A DNA stretch of 64,000 nucleotides from Thermodesulfobacteriota bacterium (GTDB lineage: Bacteria; Desulfobacterota; Binatia; Bin18). Below, piece by piece: positions 17,812 to 28,075 of the stretch (position 1 is the first letter of the stretch; each line of letters starts with the position of its first letter). The DNA lies in the NCBI GenBank assembly GCA_964291405.2, contig OZ219926.1, positions 2,272,001 to 2,336,000 on the forward strand. Direction: 5' to 3'. A model generated the notes under the pieces. It saw only the letters and a program-made list of their open reading frames with translations. It made no database searches and was not told the DNA's origin. The translations under genes were made by a program, and so were the position numbers.

Positions 17812-19257
17812 TCATTCCAGCAATTCTTCTTGAACGTCGGCCTCTTCCCTGTGCTCTGAAGCGGGCGTTGCCTCTGCGCTCTCCGTTTCGGGCTCTGGCT
17901 TCTCCCAAAAATCTTCTGGATTCTTATCGAACCGGGAAAAAACATAATCCCGCAGGGTAAAGACGGTCTCTCCCCCTTCCTGCATGGCAAAATGCTTTTC
18001 CGTTTCCTCTTGGACTGTCTGACCGAGTAAAACAGTCGCGAGTTTCTCACCCGCCTCATCTGTAGCGACAAGGGTGAGGGCAGGCTTGTCGAGTCCATAC
18101 AGACTCAAGTCTTCCGGGTCATCCGCGGCGATTTCAAATCCGCGTAGTCCTCGCAAGTCAGCGACAAATTGGCTGAGGGTTGCCGTCTTGAGCGTTCCTT
18201 CAGATTTTCTATCAATCTCCCACACATTCTCTTCCCCCTGTGAGAGGGTAAACCCCTCTCTCCCCTCGCGCGTAACCACGACTTGGGTGATTTTCCCTTC
18301 CGGGATACTGACAACGGCCTTATCTCGAAAATCAGTGACTGACTTACTCAGGTCTTTCAGCAGGCCGGTGCGCACAAGGTAAAGCGTTTCTCCGTCGTCA
18401 CGCTTGAGGTAACGTTGCGTTGTCCCAGCATCCACGCTTTTCTCGCCTCCAACCGATAGTGTCCGTTTTGTGTCTTCCTCAAGGTGGAGCGAAACGGTCA
18501 GTTGAGCCGGGTCAAGCCCAAAGGCTGACAGGTCGAGCAACGGTTGCTCAACGAAGTCTTCTGCCCGCATACCCTCCAGGGTCGAGAGGTAGGTTTGGAC
18601 AGCGGTCGCATCGACCGCGAATGAAGCACGGTTTTCAAACGTCCAGCCCGTATCCGCCTTGGCCAAAACAATATTGGCCTTAGAGGTATTGATGGCTATT
18701 CGGGTGACGCTGTCTCTCTCAAACGGCAGCACCGTTTTGTCTCGCAGTTCCTTGACTTCTTTGGTGAGTCCCAAGCGAAACGCCTGGCGGGTGAGATGGA
18801 GCTGCGGGTCGCCTTCTTTCTGAACATAGGCAGAAAATCCTACTGGCGTGTCTTTGCCAATCGACACTTTGGGCAGTGTCGTGCCGTCCTGCAGAGCAAT
18901 GCGCAGGACAACAGGCGGCTGGGCCAATCCGTACAAGGCGAGATCGACCGGCTCTTCGGGGGTCAGGCTGCGGGTGACCTCTTCGTCTACTATGGTGGTC
19001 AACATATTATTCACCGCAGTATCGTCGGCCTTCGCCTGGATGGGAGCCGTGATGTCCCACTCATCCGCTGCGGTCTGTTGCAGGCGGATTTCTCGCTCGG
19101 GATAGGTCAGGGTCAGTGTATCAACCGCCCCCTTCTCAAACGTCAAAACCGTCGGTTTTTCGGATTCTTGTTTGGCTTTTGGCAGCTCAACAAAATAGAC
19201 ATACGCCCCCAGGCCCAGGAGGACGACCAGCATAAGAATAGTTCGTGGCACACTCAT
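17812..19257 (-). CDS. DUF4340 domain protein (GldAFG ABC-associated)
   Basis: N-terminal TM and repeated W...YGL/FGL..P modules. Last gene of the ABC operon. Confidence 0.8.
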   Translation of the reverse strand: MSVPRTILMLVVLLGLGAYVYFVELPKAKQESEKPTVLTFEKGAVDTLTLTYPEREIRLQQTAADEWDITAPIQAKADDTAVNNMLTTIVDEEVTRSLTPEEPVDLALYGLAQPPVVLRIALQDGTTLPKVSIGKDTPVGFSAYVQKEGDPQLHLTRQAFRLGLTKEVKELRDKTVLPFERDSVTRIAINTSKANIVLAKADTGWTFENRASFAVDATAVQTYLSTLEGMRAEDFVEQPLLDLSAFGLDPAQLTVSLHLEEDTKRTLSVGGEKSVDAGTTQRYLKRDDGETLYLVRTGLLKDLSKSVTDFRDKAVVSIPEGKITQVVVTREGREGFTLSQGEENVWEIDRKSEGTLKTATLSQFVADLRGLRGFEIAADDPEDLSLYGLDKPALTLVATDEAGEKLATVLLGQTVQEETEKHFAMQEGGETVFTLRDYVFSRFDKNPEDFWEKPEPETESAEATPASEHREEADVQEELLE

Positions 19258-19285
19258 AACTAACCGAGAGGGGGAGACAGGCCGA

Positions 19286-20836
19286 TTACCGCCGTCGCCA
19301 CCAGGTGGCGAGCCCAGCAATGAGCAATATCTCGGGCAGAATCAGGACGGAAAGGTAAAAGACCGTCGTTCCTTGGTCGGCAGTGAGTTGAACGCGTGAG
19401 GCGCGAATCGTCCGGGGGCGGATGGAAATAAGCTCTTCTTCCCCGACGAGCCAGCTCACGGTGTTCAGTAACAAGTCCCGGTTAAAATACTGACCAATAA
19501 ATTGATTGTTGGCAAAACCGGCATTGCCAAAGACCACCATCCGGGCGGTATCCGCAAGCTCCTGATCTATTTCTTTCAGATCCGCTGTGACTGCGGTGGC
19601 CAGCGAGATAGGGCCTTTGCGATCATGATCGTCGAGCCGCACGCTTTGGTTTTGGAATACCTCCTCCAGGTCGGTTTCCGCCCAGGCGTTCGGCCCGGTC
19701 TTGACCAGGCTGACGGGTGTGATTCCAGCCCGGCCGTTAATGTCCGCTTCAACAGAGCGGGAAATTCCGTAGGTTGTCAACGCCGCCGAGCCGCGACGGC
19801 TCAGGTCCGTGGTGATCGGATGTTCCCCGTAGGTCTGGGCCAAGGGAGTGAGGGTAAACGTCCGACCGCGCAACAGTTGGAGTTGTTCATCGACGATGAC
19901 ATCGTTACCGACCTGAATCCCCCACTGAGCCAGATACGGAATCAACTCTGGCGTTGCCCGCGGATTGAGCAGGAAGAGCGCCGCGCCGGCCTTTTTCAAA
20001 TAGGCGTCGATCAACTGGGTCTCATGGGCGAGGAGGGAACGCTGCGCTCCGGCAACGATCAGCAGATTGGCCTCTTCCGGTACGGACGTATCCGGCGCGA
20101 GGACTAGCGTGTTGACGGTATAGCCCTCGTTTTCAAGCGCGGTCCTGAGTTGCCCATAACTCCCGGCATCCTGGAGGTCCTGGCTGCTGGGCTCGCCATG
20201 CCCTTCGAGAAAGTAGATGGTTTTCTTGTCGGGACGGGAGATTTTGATGATACCGTTGGTCAGGTCTTCTTCTGTTGTTTTGTTAATGAGATTGGTCTGG
20301 TCTCCATAGCGCAACACAATGGTCGGAATCGTGCTGACCTGAAATCGCTCGGCCAAATCCGGCCGCTGGTCGGGGTCGATGATCCGCGAGGAAATTTTGT
20401 CCGAATCATACTCATAGCTGCTTAGCAGCTCGCGCAGCTGTGGGTCCGAGCCGGCTTGGACAAAAGCGTCAATTTCAAGTTTTTTATCCAACTGGCGGAG
20501 CACATTCTCTGACTGCGGAGACAGGCTATAGACCTTGGCCTCAGTCAAGTCGAAGCGATGATGGTGACGGGTGGACAGATAATTCACCAGGATGAGGATA
20601 CCGATAAAGAGCAGAGAATAGACCGCGGCGCTGGCCCCGTATTTGGTCGAGCGCTCGCCAAGAAAGGTTTTGACCGACCCTCTGGATGAGACGAGTGCGC
20701 CAATCACGGCAACGAGGCCGGTCAGAGTGTGAACGAGAACATAGGCGGAAAAATGGCGGGTCAGAAAGTAGGCCACTCCGGCAAACAGCAGTAGAATGAC
20801 CCCAACCACTCCGTAAAACGAACCAAGACGCGCCAT
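19286..20836 (-). CDS. GldG-family ABC auxiliary component
   Basis: RFDLTEAKVYSLS, IYFLEGHGE, NRDLLLNTVSWL, and a C-terminal TM ending WWRRR. Confidence 0.88.
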   Translation of the reverse strand: MARLGSFYGVVGVILLLFAGVAYFLTRHFSAYVLVHTLTGLVAVIGALVSSRGSVKTFLGERSTKYGASAAVYSLLFIGILILVNYLSTRHHHRFDLTEAKVYSLSPQSENVLRQLDKKLEIDAFVQAGSDPQLRELLSSYEYDSDKISSRIIDPDQRPDLAERFQVSTIPTIVLRYGDQTNLINKTTEEDLTNGIIKISRPDKKTIYFLEGHGEPSSQDLQDAGSYGQLRTALENEGYTVNTLVLAPDTSVPEEANLLIVAGAQRSLLAHETQLIDAYLKKAGAALFLLNPRATPELIPYLAQWGIQVGNDVIVDEQLQLLRGRTFTLTPLAQTYGEHPITTDLSRRGSAALTTYGISRSVEADINGRAGITPVSLVKTGPNAWAETDLEEVFQNQSVRLDDHDRKGPISLATAVTADLKEIDQELADTARMVVFGNAGFANNQFIGQYFNRDLLLNTVSWLVGEEELISIRPRTIRASRVQLTADQGTTVFYLSVLILPEILLIAGLATWWRRR

Positions 20837-20840
20837 AGCA

Positions 20841-21611
20841 CTACCTCCAGCGCAGCGATTCAACCGAACGCTGGGTCAAAAATAGGGACAGCAGGATCAG
20901 ACTGGCGAAGTACACCAAATCTTGGGTGTCGATGAGACCGTTGACCATTTCGGCAAAGTGTTCGGTGACGGATAAATAGCGCAAGAGGGGTCCGAGCACC
21001 TCACCGGCGGTATCGGCTGGCCAGCCGATAATATACAGCAGCATAGTGGCCACCAACCCGCTCACTGCGGCTATGATCTGGTTTTCGGTAAACGACGAGG
21101 TGAGGAGTCCGACGGCGACAAAGGAAGTCGCCAGCAGCAACAAGCCGAGATAGCCGGCTAGCAGGACTCCAATCTCCGGATTGCCAAACGCAATCAGCAC
21201 CGCCGGGTATACCCCGGTCAGGCCAAGCATGATGCAGATGAATAGAAACGAGGCCAGGAATTTGCCTAACACAATCTCGCCTGTGCGGAGTGGAGAGGTC
21301 AGGAGGAGTTCGTAGGTGCCGCCCTTTTTTTCTTCCGCATAGGCGCGCATCGTGATCATAGGAACGAGAATGACCAGCACAATAGACAGGTTATGCATCA
21401 GCGGGGCAATGACAAACTCGTTCAGATTCAGCTGATCTGCCGCTCCCTGCTGGAGCTGGGTATAAATACTGAGCAGCACATTAAAACGGGAGAGCAGGTT
21501 AAAGAAGAACCAGCCGCCCAGCAAGAGAAATCCGGTCAGGACAACGTAGGCAATGGGCGAGACAAAATACGCCCGCAGCTCTTTACGAATGATGGTAAAT
21601 ACGTTTCTCAT
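20841..21611 (-). CDS. ABC-2 permease (GldF-like)
   Basis: KELRAYFVSPIAY, TMRAYAEEKKGGTYELLLTSP. Confidence 0.9.
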   Translation of the reverse strand: MRNVFTIIRKELRAYFVSPIAYVVLTGFLLLGGWFFFNLLSRFNVLLSIYTQLQQGAADQLNLNEFVIAPLMHNLSIVLVILVPMITMRAYAEEKKGGTYELLLTSPLRTGEIVLGKFLASFLFICIMLGLTGVYPAVLIAFGNPEIGVLLAGYLGLLLLATSFVAVGLLTSSFTENQIIAAVSGLVATMLLYIIGWPADTAGEVLGPLLRYLSVTEHFAEMVNGLIDTQDLVYFASLILLSLFLTQRSVESLRWR

Positions 21612-22354
21612 TCCGCAGCCTCCTCCACCGTTTCCGCCGCTCCCGGATCTTCCTGGGCAATGGCTTTGAGAAACACGTCTTCAAGAGTCTGGTCTTGGGC
21701 GAGGTTCGCGAGCATATCCTCGGCCACGACTTTTCCGGCGTTAATGATCACGACTTTCTCACACACCTGAGCGACTTCGGGCAGGATATGCGTGGACAGG
21801 ATAACAGTATGCTCGCCGGCAAGCTCCTTAATCAAGGATCGAATGCCAATAATCTGCTGCGGGTCGAGGCCGACCGTTGGCTCGTCCAGAATGAGAACGC
21901 TCGGATTATGGATAATCGCTTGGGCCAGTCCTACCCGTTGCCGATAGCCTTTTGAAAGATAGCCGGTGACCCGGTACGCAACATCGGTCAGGCCACAGCG
22001 TTCCAGCACACGGTCCAGAGCGTCCGGTATATCCGCACGAGCCATGCCTTTGATGCGGGCGACAAAACGCAGATACGCGGTGACCGTCATATCGTTATAG
22101 AGCGGTGGGGATTCCGGGAGATACCCGATCCGTTTGCGCGCCTCAAAGGATTCATCAAAGATATCGAATCCCGCTACTTTGACGGTGCCCGTTGTTGCCG
22201 GCATAAAGCCCGTAATAATGCGCATGGTCGTGGTTTTCCCAGAACCGTTCGGTCCGAGAAAGCCGAGGATCTGACCTGACTCAACCTGGAAGGAGATGTC
22301 AGACACCGCGGTCAAGTCACCGTAGCGCTTAGTAAGATTTTGTACTTCTATCAT
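21608..22354 (-). CDS. ABC transporter ATP-binding protein (GldA-like)
   Basis: GPNGSGKTT, LSKGYRQR, LILDEPT, STH. Confidence 0.93.
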   Translation of the reverse strand: MIEVQNLTKRYGDLTAVSDISFQVESGQILGFLGPNGSGKTTTMRIITGFMPATTGTVKVAGFDIFDESFEARKRIGYLPESPPLYNDMTVTAYLRFVARIKGMARADIPDALDRVLERCGLTDVAYRVTGYLSKGYRQRVGLAQAIIHNPSVLILDEPTVGLDPQQIIGIRSLIKELAGEHTVILSTHILPEVAQVCEKVVIINAGKVVAEDMLANLAQDQTLEDVFLKAIAQEDPGAAETVEEAAE

Positions 22355-22656
22355 GGTCTTGTTACGCCTGAGAATGGATAATACACGGGATGACAAAAAT
22401 CCACTTTTGGCAGGAATCTTTAAGACGGGTTTCCCCTCTTGTCAAGTTGGCCAAGGGCAAGAGGGTTGCCTCTGCCGCTGTTAGACGGGAAAACTCCTGC
22501 GCCATTCATACCCCTTTACTCCCCAGCGAGCGAGGGTCTGTTAGGAAAGAGGCAGGCTCGATACTATGATCTGGGGTACGCCTTTGTATTTTTTGCGACT
22601 CTGTGCTGAATAGTCATGTCTCCTTTCACGTCTCACCCTAAGGATGCTGGAAAACG

Positions 22657-23229
22657 GTGGAAGTAAGCGATTGGGAACTCGTCCGGCGTTGCAAGCAGGA
22701 TGACCGTCAGGCGTTTCAAGAACTGGTCGAGCGGTATCAGCGAAAGGCGGTGGCAATTGCACTGGGAATGCTCCACGACCGTGAAGATGCCCTCGAGGTC
22801 GTCCAAGAAGCGTTTACCAAGGTTTTTACGAGTATCAATAAGTTTAAAGAAGAGTCCAGTTTTTACACATGGTTGTATCGAATCATTGTAAATCTATCTA
22901 TTGACCGACAGCGCCAGCGTAGCCGACGATCAATATTCGAGCGACATCAGTCAAGGGGAGATGACGATGACGATTGGATTGAGAGTATTCCAGATACGCA
23001 GGGCCTTGACCCTTCAGATCTCGTTGCCGAGCGCGAACTTGGACAGCATATCCGGGCTGCTATTGACGAGTTGACGCCTGCCCATAAAGCGGTCATATTA
23101 CTACGGGCAGTCGAAGGGCTGTCCTACGAAGAGATCAGTCAGGTGTTGCAGTGTTCCAGGGGGACGGTGATGAGTCGCTTGCACTATGCAAGAAAAAGGC
23201 TGCAAAAACGCCTAGGGCACGACCTCTAA
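22657..23229 (+). CDS. ECF RNA polymerase sigma-70 factor
   Basis: SSFYTWLYRI, LSYEEISQVL, GTVMSRLHYARKRL. GTG start. Confidence 0.93.
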   Translation: MEVSDWELVRRCKQDDRQAFQELVERYQRKAVAIALGMLHDREDALEVVQEAFTKVFTSINKFKEESSFYTWLYRIIVNLSIDRQRQRSRRSIFERHQSRGDDDDDWIESIPDTQGLDPSDLVAERELGQHIRAAIDELTPAHKAVILLRAVEGLSYEEISQVLQCSRGTVMSRLHYARKRLQKRLGHDL

Positions 23230-23333
23230 CCAGAACTTTCGACCTATGATTCGTATCTCTTGTCAGACACCGCCTCCCGCCTTTCCCCGCACCGTCAGGT
23301 GGGAAGCTCGTTAAGATCGGGATAGAGCAACGT

Positions 23334-23888
23334 ATGGCGAGCTGTTCTCACCCCTCACGACTCATTTCTCTTGTGTACGATAACGAGCTTGATGAAGCTC
23401 GGCGTTACGAAGCTGCTGCTCAGATCGCCAATTGTCCGGAGTGTACCCACCGGATGCAACGGCTCGAACGCACGCACGAGGTACTGAGTCAGACACTCGA
23501 CGAGGAAGTCTCTGATGTTGATTTCTCGGATTTCTGGCCTCGGATTGAGCAGGGAATAGCAGCTCAACCTTCATCTCTGACGAGTCAGTGGGCGAGTCGT
23601 TTTCGACTCTGGCGTATGCAGTGGCACGCCCCTTTTTCGTGGCATGTTCCGGCGTGGGCAACGGCTGTGGGACTCTTTCTCTTCACTGCAGCTGTCTCCA
23701 CTCAGCTCCCAACTTCGAGAGGAGCCGTGCAGATCCCGGCTGCCAAAAAGCCGGTGGTAGTAGCCCTCAACAACCAAGCGCAGATCGAATCTCTCTCCGC
23801 GACCTCGACCGTCCTGGTCTGGAATGAGCCGACGAGCAATGCCACAGTCATCTGGGTCGATGAGATACTGGGGGAAGAGCTGCCATGA
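23334..23888 (+). CDS. Putative anti-sigma factor (ZAS-like, single TM)
   Basis: YDNEL...CPEC, central TM helix, downstream of the ECF sigma. Confidence 0.75.
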   Translation: MASCSHPSRLISLVYDNELDEARRYEAAAQIANCPECTHRMQRLERTHEVLSQTLDEEVSDVDFSDFWPRIEQGIAAQPSSLTSQWASRFRLWRMQWHAPFSWHVPAWATAVGLFLFTAAVSTQLPTSRGAVQIPAAKKPVVVALNNQAQIESLSATSTVLVWNEPTSNATVIWVDEILGEELP

Positions 23889-24373
23889 ATATGCGTCACC
23901 TGTCCTTTTCCGTGCCAGCCGTCCTCGTGTTTTTCCTGTGTCCCGCCTCAGTTGCCGCAGGGGATATGGTTCATATTCGTGTTGAGACCGTCCTGGCAAC
24001 CGACGCCTCGCAAGAATTTGATAATCGTCTGACCGGGATGCGTTCTCAGCTTCTGGCCTTCCGCTATTCTGCCTATCGTCTGGTTCAGGAGGAGCGGCGT
24101 AAAGTCGAGTTTGGCAAGCAGGTAAACTTCTCTTTGCCCGGTGGACGGTTCCTCCAGGTCGTTCCAAAAGAGTATGTGAATGAACAGATTGCGCTTCACG
24201 TGATGCTTATGGAAGGCGCCTCTCCTTCTCCGCTGATGAGCACGCTTCTATCAATTCCGAATCGCGGCATGCTTTTTGTCGGTGGGCGCAAACACCAAGG
24301 CGGAACGCTCATCATTCGTATCGGCGCAGCGGCGGACACCCGCCCGCCCGCCATCATCAAGACGGAAGAATAA
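23885..24373 (+). CDS. Hypothetical exported protein
   Basis: Signal peptide. ATGA overlap with the anti-sigma gene. Confidence 0.7.
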   Translation: MNMRHLSFSVPAVLVFFLCPASVAAGDMVHIRVETVLATDASQEFDNRLTGMRSQLLAFRYSAYRLVQEERRKVEFGKQVNFSLPGGRFLQVVPKEYVNEQIALHVMLMEGASPSPLMSTLLSIPNRGMLFVGGRKHQGGTLIIRIGAAADTRPPAIIKTEE

Positions 24374-24434
24374 CCTCGCCCTTCCTCGACTGCGGTCCTT
24401 CCGGCAGGCAGCAGGCTGCTTCACCTGACGACGG

Positions 24435-25247
24435 TTATCTCAGCAGGTGGTAGCCTATACTCACCAGACCACCGAGGGGCCATACATACCACGCAAACAG
24501 GTGAAACCGCTCTTGTTGGACGAGGCGGAGGATGAGAGCAATCGCCGCATAGCCGACGCTGCCGGCGACAACCATACCCGCCACGTAGGGACCGAGTGGC
24601 GGGAGGGCCTGTTCCTCCAGCTTTGCAACTTCCAGCAGGGTTGCCCCAAGAATAGCCGGAATAGATATAAGCAAAGAGAAACGCGCCGCAAGTTCTCGCT
24701 TGAGGCCAAGGAGAATACCCCCTGTAATCGTCGCCCCAGAACGAGATATGCCTGGAATAACGGCAAAGCCCTGAAGGATACCGATGACGAGTGCGTGGCG
24801 CGCGTGCATGTGCGTTGTCGGCGTATGGGCTTCCTGTCCCTTGCCCCACCAGAGAAAGCAACCTGTCAGGAGGAGCATACAGCCAACGACATCGGGACGG
24901 ATGAAAAATGAAATGAAAAAGGTATCGATACACAGCCCGAGGAGTGCGGTCGGGATCAAGGCCAAAACGATATAGCCAACGGTTTGTCTTTCGCGCCCAG
25001 AGAAGACACTCGGCGAAGGAGGCGCGGAGTGGATGAGGCCGGTACAGAGTCCGTAAATGTCGTGACGGAAATAGGTCAGGAGCGCGATCGCAGTCGCGAC
25101 ATGAAGGGCAATATTATACAGGAGATCAATTTCTCCCGAACCGCCAAAGAAATATTGGACAAGGACGAGATGGCCGGAAGAAGAAACAGGTAGGAACTCG
25201 GTTAAGCCTTGCAAAACGGCGAGCAGACAGGCGTCAAAATATCCCAT
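24435..25247 (-). CDS. uppP: Undecaprenyl-diphosphate phosphatase
   Basis: QGLTEFLPVSSSGHL and PGISRSGAT motifs. Confidence 0.95.
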   Translation of the reverse strand: MGYFDACLLAVLQGLTEFLPVSSSGHLVLVQYFFGGSGEIDLLYNIALHVATAIALLTYFRHDIYGLCTGLIHSAPPSPSVFSGRERQTVGYIVLALIPTALLGLCIDTFFISFFIRPDVVGCMLLLTGCFLWWGKGQEAHTPTTHMHARHALVIGILQGFAVIPGISRSGATITGGILLGLKRELAARFSLLISIPAILGATLLEVAKLEEQALPPLGPYVAGMVVAGSVGYAAIALILRLVQQERFHLFAWYVWPLGGLVSIGYHLLR

Positions 25248-25395
25248 GGCACATGCTTCTGATAGAGAGACCAGCGACAAGAGGGGAAGCTTCTAGGGAT
25301 ATATCAATAAATCCATGGGATGTTGCCTCCCCTTGTTTCGTCCGTTTGGAGGGGAGGGAAGCGGAGCGCGTGCCCCTGCTCTCGTCCGTGCTGTT

Positions 25396-25980
25396 TCAGT
25401 CCGTTTCTGACTCTGACTGAAATAGGGGTAAGGAGTCCTCAATGTCTCGAAGGAATGGAGCGGCCGAGTCTTTTGCTGAGATCAGTGGCGTCTTCAGCGG
25501 CCACTCAATGCCAATGTCTGGATCATTCCAGGCCAAGCAAATTTCATCGTTTGGATCATAGAAATCCGTACACTTATAGGCAATTTGAGCGCGTTCACTC
25601 AGGACAGCGAAGCCGTGGGCAAAACCGGGGGGGATATAGAGCTGACGAAAATTTTCGGCTGAGAGGACAACGCTTGTCCATTGGGCAAAGGTTGCGGAGC
25701 CTCGTCGAATATCTACCGCCACATCAAAAATTTCGCCCTCCAAAGCCCGTATCAGCTTTCCTTGAGGGTACTGAATCTGGGCGTGGAGCCCGCGGAGCGT
25801 GCCGTACGATGATTGAGAATGGTTATCCTGGACAAAAGCCGCCTTTATCCCCCCCTCTTTATAGGTACGGGCGTGGTAGGTTTCGAGGAAGAACCCGCGG
25901 GCATCGTGGTACACGTCCGGTTCAACCACAGTCACGCCTGGGAGTCTGGTCGGGAGAAAGCGCATAACTGCTCTCTTCAT
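25396..25980 (-). CDS. rfbC: dTDP-4-dehydrorhamnose 3,5-epimerase
   Basis: [29 protein letters not shown]. Confidence 0.95.
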   Translation of the reverse strand: MKRAVMRFLPTRLPGVTVVEPDVYHDARGFFLETYHARTYKEGGIKAAFVQDNHSQSSYGTLRGLHAQIQYPQGKLIRALEGEIFDVAVDIRRGSATFAQWTSVVLSAENFRQLYIPPGFAHGFAVLSERAQIAYKCTDFYDPNDEICLAWNDPDIGIEWPLKTPLISAKDSAAPFLRDIEDSLPLFQSESETD

Positions 25981-26852
25981 GATGATTCATTCTGAACCAA
26001 ACGGAAGAGATATTGGCCGTAGGCATTGCCTTTCATGCTTTTAGCCTGCTGGACCACTTCAGTTTCAGAAATATACCCCATGGTATAAGCAATTTCTTCG
26101 ACGCAGGCGACCATTAAGCCCTGCCGGTCTTGCAGGGCTTGAATAAAATTCGAGGCGTGGAGCAGTGACTCATGGGTCCCGGTATCCAACCAGGCGATTC
26201 CTCGACCAAGTTTTTCCACATGCAGCCCTCCCAGGCGGAGATAGGCCCGATTCACATCCGTGATTTCTAATTCGCCCCGGTTGGAGGGTCTGAGGTCTGT
26301 GGCAACGGAGACAATCTGATTGTCATAGAAATAGAGGCCGGTGATCGCGTAGCTCGAACGCGGTTTGGCCGGTTTCTCTTCGAGACCAATGGCTCGTCCT
26401 TGGGTGTCGAATTCCACGACTCCGTACTGTTCTGGGTTGCGGACTTGATAGGCAAAAATGGTCGCCCCACTGGTCCGCTGGGTCGCGACACGCAGAGAGT
26501 CTGGAAAGCCGTGGCCATAGAAGATGTTATCGCCGAGAACAAGCGCAACCGCGTCACCACCAATGAAATCACGGCCAATCAGAAAGGCTTGGGCAATGCC
26601 TTCGGGGCGAGGTTGCGTCGCATAACTAATCTCTATGCCAAGCCACCGGCCGTCTTTCAGGAGGCGCTGGAAGCCCTCCTGCTCATGCGGGGTGGTAATG
26701 ATCAGGATCTGCCGAATCCCCGCCAGCATCAGGGTGGAGAGCGGATAATAGATCATGGGTTTATCGTAGATAGGCATGAGTTGCTTGCTGACTGCCCGGG
26801 TAATGGGATACAGCCGCGTCCCGGAGCCACCGGCGAGGATAATGCCTTTCAT
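25977..26852 (-). CDS. rfbA: Glucose-1-phosphate thymidylyltransferase
   Basis: [41 protein letters not shown]. Confidence 0.97.
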   Translation of the reverse strand: MKGIILAGGSGTRLYPITRAVSKQLMPIYDKPMIYYPLSTLMLAGIRQILIITTPHEQEGFQRLLKDGRWLGIEISYATQPRPEGIAQAFLIGRDFIGGDAVALVLGDNIFYGHGFPDSLRVATQRTSGATIFAYQVRNPEQYGVVEFDTQGRAIGLEEKPAKPRSSYAITGLYFYDNQIVSVATDLRPSNRGELEITDVNRAYLRLGGLHVEKLGRGIAWLDTGTHESLLHASNFIQALQDRQGLMVACVEEIAYTMGYISETEVVQQAKSMKGNAYGQYLFRLVQNESS

Positions 26853-27949
26853 GATCTATCCTTTGTCAGGGACGCAGCATCTAATCCCAGACGCTCTCGG
26901 TTATACCTGTCCGCCTCAATGGCTTCGCACCACCGCCGATTGTCCACATACCAACGGACCGTCTGTGCCAGGCCGTGCTCGAATGTATAGCGTGGTCGCC
27001 AACCGAGATGGGTTCTGATTTTTGTTGCATCGATGGCATAGCGTCTATCATGGCCAGGACGATCGGTCACAAATGTCATCAGGTCGGAGTAGGTTGTAAT
27101 GCCTCGCTTCTTAAGAGTCGCGTTTTTTGAGGCGGGTAGCAGTTCCTCAAGAATGGTACAGACCTGCTCCACAACCGCACGATTGGTCCGCTCATCCCCC
27201 CCCCCGATATTATATTGTTCACCACTCTTGCCCTGCCGCAAAACAAGCAGAATGCCCCGACAATGGTCTTCAACGTGCAGCCAGTCACGGACGTGTTGTC
27301 CGTCGCCATAGATTGGGAGAGGTTTGCCCTCAAGAGCGTTCAGAATCATCAGCGGAATGAGTTTTTCCGGAAACTGATACGGGCCATAATTATTGGAACA
27401 ACTCGTGATCAGCGTGTGCAGACCATACGTCTCGTAATAGGCTCGGGCAAAATGATCGGCGCTCGCCTTTGAGGCGGAATACGGCGAATTCGGCGCGTAT
27501 GGGCTGGATTCGGAAAAGCGGCCCAGCGGCCCGAGGCTGCCGTAGACCTCGTCTGTCGAGACGTGCAAAAGTCGGAACTGCCCCTGAGCGTCCAGGGAAG
27601 CTGCATATTTTCGGGCCTCCTCCAGCAAATAAAATGTCCCTATCAGATTCGTTTCAACAAACGGCCAGGGATTGTCAATAGAACGGTCCACGTGAGTCTC
27701 CGCGGCGCAGTTCACCACGGCCTGGGGCCGATACGTTCGGAATAATTCCGCCACCGCCGTCCGCTCGGCTATATCGGTCTGGGAAAAAGTCACGCGCGGA
27801 TTGTGGAGGACATCTTCAAGATTGTTCAGACTGCCGGCATATGTCAACTTATCAACGATAACGAGAGAGGTCGTTGTTTCAGCCAGGGCGAGGCGGACCA
27901 GATTACTCCCGATAAACCCTGCCCCACCAGTGATCAGTATGGTCTCCAT
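26849..27949 (-). CDS. rfbB: dTDP-glucose 4,6-dehydratase
   Basis: [39 protein letters not shown]. Confidence 0.96.
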   Translation of the reverse strand: METILITGGAGFIGSNLVRLALAETTTSLVIVDKLTYAGSLNNLEDVLHNPRVTFSQTDIAERTAVAELFRTYRPQAVVNCAAETHVDRSIDNPWPFVETNLIGTFYLLEEARKYAASLDAQGQFRLLHVSTDEVYGSLGPLGRFSESSPYAPNSPYSASKASADHFARAYYETYGLHTLITSCSNNYGPYQFPEKLIPLMILNALEGKPLPIYGDGQHVRDWLHVEDHCRGILLVLRQGKSGEQYNIGGGDERTNRAVVEQVCTILEELLPASKNATLKKRGITTYSDLMTFVTDRPGHDRRYAIDATKIRTHLGWRPRYTFEHGLAQTVRWYVDNRRWCEAIEADRYNRERLGLDAASLTKDRS

Positions 27950-27984
27950 ACGTGCTCGGGTCCGTGTCTTTCGCCACCCGCCTT

Positions 27985-28008
27985 CGTATCAGCCGCTGGG
28001 CTGATACG
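27985..28008. terminator. Perfect 10-bp stem-loop between the treT-like gene and rfbB
   Basis: CGTATCAGCC-GCTG-GGCTGATACG. There is no U-tract, so the function is uncertain. Confidence 0.3.
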
Positions 28009-28075
28009 TCCCATTCTAGACCAGTGGAAAGCGTGTTCACAGCCCGTCGGGCGGGTGAGGTTGATGTCGGGCTGT

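Noticed and set aside
17812-22354. Gliding motility machinery inferred from Gld-like names
   Set aside because: GldAFG/DUF4340-type ABC systems are widespread in non-gliding bacteria, and no other gliding genes are present.
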